NCBI GenBank assembly: GCA_051362555.1
Contig: CM120640.1
Location: 46,354,788-46,418,787, forward strand
Length of the DNA: 64,000 bases
Direction of reading: 5' to 3'
Origin: Lingula anatina
Lineage: Eukaryota; Animalia; Brachiopoda
Made by a program: the position numbers and the translations under genes. How positions within the stretch are numbered: position 1 is the first letter of the stretch; each line of letters opens with the position of its first letter. Under the pieces are notes generated by a model, which was not told the DNA's origin, did no database searches, and was given only the letters and a program-made list of their open reading frames with translations. This document shows, in pieces, positions 11,289 through 31,000 of this stretch.

Positions 11289-13080
11289 TAGTTAAACGCA
11301 GGTCAAGTTTGAAAATCTTCATAATGGGCTGCTTTTTTTTTCAGAAAATTTGCTGTTGTTTTTGCTTTTTTCAGCATACATGCAACACTGTAAACACAGT
11401 TCAAGGAGAAGCAATAGGTCTATTGTCATGGAACTCACAGAACTGATGATTATTAGTAAAAGGGTTGTCAAGATCAAAAATCGGCATATCCGGGCCATTT
11501 TTTGTCAAAAGTTATGCTGTTTTTTTTCTGCCATTTTCAGCATATAAGTAACACTGTAAGCACATTTCAGGGAGAACCGATAGGCCTGTTGTCATTAAAC
11601 TCACAGGAGTGATGTTACCAATATACAAATCAAGTTTGAAAATAGGATTGATTGGTTGAGTTTTGTGGAAGTTGTGCCTTGTTTTGATATATAAAAGTGG
11701 TTTTCCTCAGATTTGATTGTTAGTGTTTGTCTGAAATTTTCTGCATCTTTACAACATTGCTAGTTGATTATATAAATATGACGGTAAACATGTTATCATG
11801 TACTGTGTAATACAGTGTCTCAAAATGGAGGCAATGGGGTGATTATTTTCAAAAGTTTTGCATTTTTTCTCCTTTTTTCATTGTACATGCAACACTGTAA
11901 ACACATTTCAAGGAGAACCAATAGGCCTCTTTTCATAAAACTCACAGAACTGATGATTATAAGTAAAAGAATGATCAAGATTGAAAATCAGAATGACCAG
12001 GCCCTTTTCTTTCAAATGTTATGCTGGTTTTTTTTTTCAGCATATATGTAACACTGTTAACATATTTCAAGGAGAACCAATAAGCCTGTTTTCATGAAAC
12101 TCACAGAACTGATGATTATTAGTAAAAGAATGGTCAAGATTGAAAATCAGCAAGACCAGGTCTTGCAGGTCAAAAAGTTAAAAATGGAAAGAAACCCATT
12201 TCAGTACAGTGCTCTCTTGTATACATTTAGCATTTTGAAAGTATGACTTTGGAGTTCCATGAACCTGAAAACCTTTGCTAGTCACATTTTCTGAATATTC
12301 ATGATACTAATATTTCATTATAAAAAATTGATGATCATTATGCTGTTAAGCATTATATAATATTGCATCAAATTGGAAGAAAGCACAATTTTGGGTGCTG
12401 CTGGCATGATGTCCTCAATTGTAAAATTGTGTACTGTGCAAGTCTGTATCCAATGGACGACACTTTGTGTTATCAAAATATAAAATTCATGATAATAAAA
12501 GAGTGCTAAATAGAAAATAAGCATTATGAAAATAAAATGTTTGAAAACGAATTTCTTTGGTCTTTTATTTTATTTCATCAGTATCCTTTCTTTTCCTAAA
12601 TTAATTGATGTTTTATCTCATAATCTTCAATTCTAAAAAAGTGGCAAAGCCCAGCATTAAATATTGTATAACTGTTCATTTAATCATCACCTCTGGTGTT
12701 ATTTTGGAATTTACCTTAAATATGAAAGAATTTCATAAAAATGTGAATTGCTGCAAAGTAACGCTATATAAAATTTGCTTTGCATTAAAAGTACAATCAT
12801 TATTACATGTAGATGCATGCATGTCCTCGGTTGTAATGTGTAGTGTCTGTCCGTGTGTGTGTCCGTGTGTGTCCTCTGTTAGAATTAAAATTCTTGTCAG
12901 CAAAAAATTAGTTTTTATAAAAAATTAATTTATAACATTCATACTCGAATAGATTTTACCCTAAATTTAATGTTTTTATTTTGATTTAACCAAGGAATAA
13001 GATGTCCTCGGTTGTATGGTGTTGTGCTGATGTCCTCGGTTGGTACACATAGACAAGTATATGTGTGTGTGTGTGTGTAA

Positions 13081-13280
13081 GACTGGTTTCCCATGCCTAG
13101 ATCGATCCATATGGATCAATCTAACTCCTCTGTCATGCATACCGAATCAACCAAAGGGTAAAGATAATTACCCCCTAACAGCTATACTAGGTGTGAGACA
13201 TTTAAGCCAGTTATCCAGATGGATCGATCTAGGCATAAGATAGGGAGAAAGATCAACCCAAATATCTGTGGGAATGGTCC
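13081..13280. mobile_element. PIF/Harbinger-like MITE
   Basis: TAA/TTA flanks and tttccca...tgggaatgg ends. Aligns by eye with the reverse complement of 28380-28605. Confidence 0.6.
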
Positions 13281-13321
13281 CTTATATAATATTCTTATTG
13301 ATAATTATATTTACTCATTTA

Positions 13322-14468
13322 CAGGTAGAAAGAATGATGACCCATCTCATTCAAGCTCCACACCGACTATTTTCCCCAATAATTCTTCCAAAACCTGCAC
13401 AACAAAGAACTTTTTATTTTCCAGTGGGATAGTAAAAACAAAGTTTCAGAAAAAGATCAACAACTGAAGCTGCTGGCAGGCCCAAAGTTGCAGGACGTTT
13501 AGTTGACTGTCTTAATGAAGCAGGAGACCATAAGTATTATGCAACAAATAAGCAAGATAATTAAACAAAAATTCAACATCTGGAAAAAGAGGTTGCTGAA
13601 TTGAAAGAGCAGATATCTGATTTAAAAGGGAAATTTCTCCATTTGGAAAATGTAAAAGGATGATAGAAAATCTCAGTTTTGGACTAACTTGCCAAATCTT
13701 TTAGTTTTTACCTCACTATGTGATTACTTAAAAACTAGAACAGTCTTAGACACTTTATGTTACTGGAATGGTAACGCCAAAACACAACAGGAATGACATC
13801 TAAAAATGGGCCAACAAAAAATTCACATTTGAAGAAGAATTTTTCATGGTTTTGGTTAAATTAAAGACAAGAAAATTTAATAAAGACATTGCTCAAACCT
13901 TTGATATAAGTGCAGGTCATTTTTCGAAAAACTTTACCACATGGATTAATTTACCTTAGACTGCACAGAACTTCTGTTACAAAAATCATCATCACTAGAT
14001 TCAAGAAAGAGGAAGTTTTCTAATTATAAACATCACGACACAGTGAAATTTCTTGTTGGCATATCACCAAATCTTGCTGTGAACTTTGTGTCCAGTGCAT
14101 GGGGTGGCAGAGCTTCAGAAAAGCATATTACCCTGAACTCTGAACCACTCCTGCAAGGCCTCAAGAGGGGGAATTTGGTGATGTCTGACAGAGGTTTCAC
14201 CATATCTGATGAACTAGAATTTCAAGGTGTGAAGATTATAATGCCAGATTTCAAGAAAGGAGAAAGGGTGCAATTTACAAATGCGGAATCCATTAGATCC
14301 AACGAAATTTCCCATGCAAGAATTCATGCAGAAAGGGTCATACGAAGGATTAAGACATTTCACTTGTTAAAACAAATTGTTAAGTTAAATATGTTTGACC
14401 TATTTGAGCAAATTTTTGTTGTTTGTGCTTACCTGGCAAACTTTCAGTTACCAGTTATAAAGAAATAA
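13322..14468 (+). pseudogene. Decayed THAP + DDE_Tnp_4 (ISL2EU/PIF-Harbinger) transposase
   Basis: GRKNDDPSHSSSTPTIFP (THAP C-terminal-like), FEEEFFMVLVKLK..DIAQTFDIS..FTTWIN (HTH_Tnp_4-like), DCTE, YKHHDTVKFLVGISP, WGGRASE, MSDRGF and ARIHAERVIRRIK. Contains stops, frameshifts and a deletion. Confidence 0.88.
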
Positions 14469-14769
14469 ATATTTTTGTTTTCATTTAGTTTATTTATTTT
14501 TAGTTACCATTTTTGTGATTAATTGTATTATAGAGTTTTTGTCAATAAATCAAGTTCAATTATTCAGCATTACAGGCCAGACTAAGAGCACACCAGAGTT
14601 CATTAGAATTTTGTATTCTTAAATCTCCTAGAAAAGCCACTATCAGCTTAAAATGCAGAATTATTCAGGCAAGGCAAGTTTGATTAAAGATCAGGTTGAA
14701 CCTGTATTTATATTCATCAAAGGAGAATGTGGTTTGAGCCTTCCCAATCACTGAAGTACATGGTAAATA

Positions 14770-15437
14770 TGTCCCCATTCAGGATCAAACTGAATTTTTG
14801 GACCGGGAGCTAAGCAAGCGAAGAAAGGGCAACCTCCTGTGTGTCACATACCAAGATGGTTCCACAAAACCAGTCCTGATATCAACTGCTGTGGAAGGTG
14901 GTTTCCAGCAAGTGGTAAACAGAAGGGGTGAGCAATTCAGAAAGCCTTATATCATTGTGAAATCCAACCACACAATGGATGGAGTGGACCTTAGCAATTC
15001 TTGTCTGTACAAGTATCTTTTTCTCAAGTGGACCCTGAAGGATTTCTTTTCATTGGTGGGCAGAGCTGTTCTAAACAGCTACCTGATTTATAGGCTAGCT
15101 GCCACACTTCTGACAACCCTAAGCTTACAAGACACCAGTTAATGATCTCAGCAATAGAATCTCTAGTTGGTAACTACCGGCCTCAAAAAATTGTTCGGCG
15201 GCGAAGATCGAGAGGTGAAACTGAAGCAGCCAATGCAAATCCTCCTCTCCAAGTCCCCCCTGCCCTGCCCCTCCCATTGCTGGCAGCAGGTGACCAAGGG
15301 GCTGGCCATGTTTTGAGGAAGCTTCCCAGAGGGAAAAAAAGAAACTGCACGGCTGGGCATGGACAAAGCAAATGATCCAGTTATGAGTGTCCCATACGTG
15401 ACGTTGGCTTGTGTGCAGTTTGTTTTGCCCAGTACAA
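14770..15437 (+). pseudogene. piggyBac (PGBD-like) transposase C-terminal remnant
   Basis: KPYIIVKSNHTMDGVDLS (cf. P..I..YN..MGGVD), KW..K.FF....RAVLNSYLIY, then a Cys-rich tail H..RKLPRGKKRNC..SYECPI.DVGLC..CF. Confidence 0.85.
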
Positions 15438-15503
15438 TGGAAAACAAAAACTGAGACAAACTTATCATTTGGACACATGGGCACTTCCTTGAAGTTGTTA
15501 CAT

Positions 15504-16165
15504 TAGGCTTTCGCTAGCCACTCGCCACGCTCATTTTGGCTAAAAGAATCCAGATGTGGCGAGAAAATAAAACATCCCAATCGCCTCACTCGCAAGAGGT
15601 GACAGAGGAGCAGTAGTGCGTTTATTGTCAAAACAAAACAGAAGAATCATCGAGAAATGATTGATCGTTCACGTGTGTTTGTGTACTTGCCTTATACGTC
15701 AGCAGTATTGTATGTTGAAGGTGCGTTTGTGTGCCTCTTTGTCATTGGTTCGTATTCTAGGTCACGCATTGCTAAATGCATTTAATTAGCCAATAGAAGA
15801 GCAACTTACTTAACTCCCATGCCCAGCTTTTTGACAGCTAGCCTACTAGTAAGCATGGCAAGGCAGGCAATACATACATCTATGACAAGGTTTTTTACCC
15901 AGCCACAAACAGCAAGTTCACTGAACAAAAATGTTGAGGAAAAGAATCTGAAAGTCTATGACAGAAATGATCATAGACAGCTAAAAGACCACTGGTTCAA
16001 AGAGTATCCGTGGCTGACACTTGAAAAAAATTGTGGTGTGCTGATTTGCACATGGTGCATGGAGGCACACAAGGACAACGTTTTAAGTCACAGGAAGAAG
16101 ACAGAAGTACCGAAAAAAGACGACCTAGAGAAACATGCCCAGACACAGGATCACAAAGGTGCGGA
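15504..16165 (+). mobile_element. hAT-like element 5' end with TTF-type zinc finger (ZNF862-like) fragment
   Basis: End-like sequence taggctttcgctagccactcgcca. ORF 15819-16199 reads RQLKDHWFKEYPWL..ICTWC..KKDDLEKHAQTQDH. Confidence 0.75.
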
Positions 16166-16169
16166 GGAA

Positions 16170-16486
16170 GGTCGGAACAACGAGTACGTCTTTCTGTGAC
16201 CTACTTTCCCCTGATTCCAAAACATTTACACACGGAGGAGGAACAATTTGTTCAGAAGAGAAAGACTGATGCAGAGGAGAACATGACTACTATATACTTA
16301 CCCGTCTCAAAGAAGAGCACTCATCTCTCATTCACCCAGTGGCAGGCAGCCTTCAACATCTTTTCTATAATATATCTTTAGAAATTCCCAGAAGAGGCAG
16401 GAAACCTTCTTCAGTATGGCAGTAGAATACTGGAGATGTACACACGCAAAACCAGCTACTGGAGAACATATGACGAACGTTTCAGG
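16170..16486 (+). pseudogene. DIRS/tyrosine-recombinase retrotransposon gag-like fragment
   Basis: My translation through one stop: LSFTQWQAAFNIFSIIYL*KFPEEAGNLLQYGSRILEM...YWRTYDERFR. This matches the W..AF.I...Y...P...LL.Y...I...W..YD..FR pattern of DIRS ORF1. Confidence 0.72.
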
Positions 16487-16794
16487 GCGAATACACTTTC
16501 AAGTCTAGATGGAAAGGAAGACGAGACTGCTGCAAAGCACTTAAAGAAATTTGTTGGGGGCTTGACCAAGGACTTCTAAAGCGATTTTTGAGGTTCTGTG
16601 CTGGGGCAGGCCTGTATCTTGGTTCACCTTTTAAGGTGACATTCACCAGTCTGACAGGCCTCGATCGTCGACCTGTTGGCCACACTTGCACCAACGAGCT
16701 GGGAATACCATCAGAATGCGACAGCTACTCTGAGTTCAGGGATGAATTTACTAACATTCTAAACAGTAATGAGTGGGAAATGGAATACTCATAA
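16487..16794 (+). pseudogene. HECT-like ubiquitin ligase C-lobe fragment
   Basis: LKKFVGG/LDQGLLKRFLRFCAG...RRPVGHTCTNELGIP..SYSEFRDEFTNIL, with a catalytic HTC motif. One frameshift in the G-run at ~16556-16560; AATAAA at ~16883. Confidence 0.78.
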
Positions 16795-17818
16795 ATGTTG
16801 TGTAAATGTAATGAGTAATCATGGTAATTGTTAAGACTTCTGCGCACTTTACCATGCATTTAACCATATTATTAGTTATATCAATAAATTTAGTTTGAAA
16901 AGTACTTGTTACAACTGGTTCATCAATTTATAATTATAAATTATGGCTTCATTATGTCAAATGCCCAGCCCTTCTACAGTTTCTTATAACTGGGAAACAT
17001 TCAAACCATCCTGTGAGAATTTTAAAAAAATTATATATATAAGAATGAATTTCATTGTGGTCTGTCATCATTTTTCACTTAATTGCAGCATACATCAGAC
17101 TGGGACTATCCTGGTTAACTGTGATTTAACAATGTACAGAATCAGTAACTCATATGCTTGCTTGAATAGGATCATATATCCAATAACTAATGAAAGAGGA
17201 AATGGTGCTATCCTTATATTCTTAATACAGTCTATGAAGCATCAACTTTTTTTCAAAGTTTTTGTTTCATATCGCGTGTTAATAGAATAGAATTTTTTAC
17301 ACAGTATTAATTCTAACAGATATAAAATGGATATGATGTACTTCTGACTTCTCCTTTTATATGCGCTGCTTACTGGCTGGAATAACATAGTTAAATAAAT
17401 TGTATATCTTTAAAAAAACAAATTAACATAATAATCTTTTAGCCAATTTACTTTTGGCACAAAATTTAACATGTGAGCACAAACTGCCTTCAGTTCACAG
17501 GGTTATTTCAGTTCACAGAGCTATTTTCTGACAGTCTTCTAAATTATCTTTGTTGATCCTGTATTTTTGACTGTCTTCCGAGAGAAAAAATTATATACCT
17601 GTCAATGTTAACTTGAAAATCTGACCGTCTTCTGGGAAACCCAGAAGACGGCCTCAATCCGCCCCTGATTCATAACAAATAATCACAATATGCCTATCCA
17701 ATACATCTGCCATTAAAATATGGTGCTAGTCATTCCTCAAAAAACATCATAAATATGCACAAGTCTTAAACAACTACAATTATGGCAGGCATCAAACCTT
17801 GGAGAGCAGCTGCTTGGC

Positions 17819-27690
<9,872 letters not shown>

Positions 27691-28046
27691 CTTAATTTGC
27701 CTTCTTCTTATCTAACTGTGAGTTGTTATCTGACGTTTTTTGAATGAATGGCGTGTGAGGCATCTCCCGCCTTGCTTCTCGGATTTCCTCGAAAAAATAG
27801 TGCAGATATGAAGTCATGTGGATAGGTGGCGCCAAACCAAGATCATCTAATAATAAAAATAGATCTTGGATTCATCACATTCTAATAGGCTCACTATTTT
27901 AACCATTATGTATTGATCAAATGTTAACATCTGGATAACATCTGTATGTCGAATGCATATGCCAAAGCTCTTCCTAAGACCTCCTAGCGTTTCTTTCTCA
28001 CAAGTGACACCTTGTGGCAAAACTTGATCAAATTACATCCGTCGAC
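27691..28046. promoter_or_regulatory. Probable bidirectional promoter of LRRC40/TMEM30A
   Basis: Only 356 bp lie between the two divergent ATGs, and the interval is locally richer in CpG. Confidence 0.7.
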
Positions 28047-31000
28047 ATGTCTACACCCGGAGAAGCCGAAACAAACACTAAAAGCAAGAAGCCCAAGTGT
28101 AAGTTTATTTAAAGGACAAGTTTTATATATATTCTTGAATGTGTAAAGTAACTTATTGTAAATTTTCTATGCTTCCAATAATACTGTAGTGAAAGATTTG
28201 GAAATTTGCCGTTTGTTTGAAAATCGCCAAAGTCATATTATCTGTTTCCTGCTATATTTGTTTTTTTTCCAATTCAGACCGTAAATTACTAAAACGATAA
28301 AACTCCTCAAAATAGAAGTACAATGTTCCTGATATCGATATTACCTTCCTAGATGTACAGGAAGAGGTTGAGGGTCTAACACCCCATTTCCATAGATTTT
28401 TAGATCGATCTTTCCCTGTGGGGAGTCTCACTAGATTACTGTCAGCTTGGCCGGCTTAAGCGTCTGTCCCGCCCACTAAAAGCTGTAAGGGAGTAATTAA
28501 CTATGGTGCCCGCTCGGCTGACTGCAATTTAGCGTGAACCCCCAGGGAGTTAGGTCGATCTAAATCTTAATCTTTAGATCAATCTAAATCTCTGGGAAAG
28601 CACCCTAAGTTACTGCCCATTCATTTTGAACGAGCTGAATACTAATAAAACAATTTCAATTAATTAAAATTATAAATAGTTTTAAAGATCAAATCCCAGT
28701 GCAAGGATGGGTCAGTCATTGATTCTGGAGATGAGTATCCATTGACATTTATATCAAATCCAAATATTCAGTTTAAAATATTTTATTATGTTCAGATATC
28801 ACATTCCGTTATAAATCCTATTTTTGAGAAGACAACAAAATTTAATGACATGTATTAATTTTCTTCAGCAACCAAGTTTAAACAGCAGCAGCTTCCAGCA
28901 TGGCAGCCCATCTTGACAGCAGGAACAGTTCTTCCTGCCTTCTTTGCCATTGGAATAGCATTTATACCATTAGGAATAGCACTACTAGTCACAGCCAACA
29001 ATGTGAGTATTTGTATTGATTATAACAACATTGATTATTTACTATGCCACAGTCCACTAGAAACTTGATTAAAACATAACTTGTTATTAAACAAAAAGTT
29101 TTCATCATCTTTTGGCCATTTTAGCTAATGACCATAGACTGATTTTGAAAATCTCCTAGTGGTGTATCAGATTAACTTCAAAGAGTGCCAGGCCATCTGT
29201 AGTGATAGTCGAATGTTTTCGCTGTCCTTTATTATAGAACATGTTGCAGATGTCTATATATGTATACCAAATTGATTAGCCTCTTAGAGATACATTGCTG
29301 TATCATTGAGTAACATCCTTCCATTATTTCCAAATATTTATATAATTGAATTATAGTATGGTGACATAAATCACACTGATACAGGTTTCATATTGTAAGC
29401 TGATGGACATTTTCATGAAAGGTGGCAATGCTTATCTTTAGTTCTTGATCTCTCTTTTTTAATTAATATTCTGTCATACATGTGTGATATTGAACATGAA
29501 TGATAGTTTTTCTTATTTATTTTCTAGGTAAAGGAAATTAGCCTAGACTATACCTATAGGTGCACTGATGCATCAGGACAACAGTGTGCCAAAGTTTTAG
29601 ACAATCAGACTGGCCCTGTACTTACCCCATGTCTGTGTAGTATATCTTTTGAATTGGAGGAGGACTTTGTGGTAGGTGCATATAGTATAATATATACAAA
29701 ATACATAGTTTAATATGAACTGAATTGCTGCCATATCATAGGCAGTTGGTGTTTTATATTTGTTTATTGAAAGACTTAAATGTTTGATCATCATGTTTGG
29801 AATTTGCCATTAACAGTGGGAGTATACAGTTCATGCCAATTTACTTATTTGACAACAATTACATAGCCATATTGTTCATACTATTTCTAAAAGCCATTTT
29901 TATCTTATAGGGTGAAGTGTATATGTATTATGCTTTAACCAACTTCTATCAAAACCATCGTCGTTATGTGAAATCCAGAGATGATAATCAGTTACTAGGA
30001 GAAAGTGTACCCACACTTAATGCAGATTGCAAACCATTCAGGTAAGATTTACCTTTATTTCTTAGCTTCAGTTGTTTAGCAATGCACGCTGTAAAAAAAG
30101 TCTGCTTGATTTTGATGTTGAAGCTCCTGTATTCCCCACATCAAAATTGGTGTCATTTCAAAATCACTGAGACTGATTTTACTTATATGAAATAGTTTTA
30201 AAAAACACCCAACTGCTGTTCTCGGGAAACCCTCAATATTTTATTTTTATCCACATGTAGTTTATTATGTGTATTATATTCCCTTTTCCTTTGGGATTAA
30301 AAGAACTGTTCAAACAGTTCTTTCATCCATTTAATATGAACTATTACTTTCTTTTCATTGCTATCTTTTACAGATAGTTTTTACAGTTAGTTTTAGTATG
30401 AAATCCAGTTATTAAACATAAGTGGACTATCCAAATGTAAGTGAATTAGTTGTTACCATGCACATGGTTAATATTTCAGATATGAGAATGACACTACTGA
30501 CATCCAGCAGGGTCCGTATGCTCCCTGTGGTGCCATTGCTAACAGTCTTTTCAGTGGTATGAAAACCTAAATACAGCTTAACTCCTGTTTAAATTTGTGC
30601 CTGTATCTGTGCAAATTAGGCTTATAGCAATAAATCAATACATTTTTGTCTTACTACATTACTTGTAAGTTAGTTTGCTCAATGAGGTATATGTATTTAT
30701 TGTACTTCCTCGGTTTGCTTGATGACAAATGTATTATATTGAAACTAGTGTATGCACTACTCCTTTATGCCCAGGATTTGATATAGACATAACTGATCTG
30801 TCTTTCTTCACTGATTCCTTACGAGAGGTTAACAATCATGTCCATCTTATTTCATGCACAGACAGCTTGACACTGTCATACAATGGGGCAGACAATACCA
30901 CCAACACACCTGTACCTTTGTTGAACACTGGCCTGGTGTGGGAGTCTGACAAGAGAGTCAAGTTTAAGAATCCACCAGGAGCCAACCTGTCAGAAGGTTA

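Larger units (their letters stand above)
6669..12420 (+). mobile_element. Older family-A-related element, split by family B copy 1
   Basis: Diverged 161-bp-type units at 6670-6900 resume in register after 11288 (gaactgatgaata | ttagttaaacgcaggtcaagtttgaaaatc). Segment 12175-12410 resembles 2895-3140. Confidence 0.7.

Noticed and set aside
1050-12928. Many 60-107 aa ORFs, some occurring twice
   Set aside because: Apart from the Tc1 pieces they are chance frames in repeats; duplicates reflect element copies.
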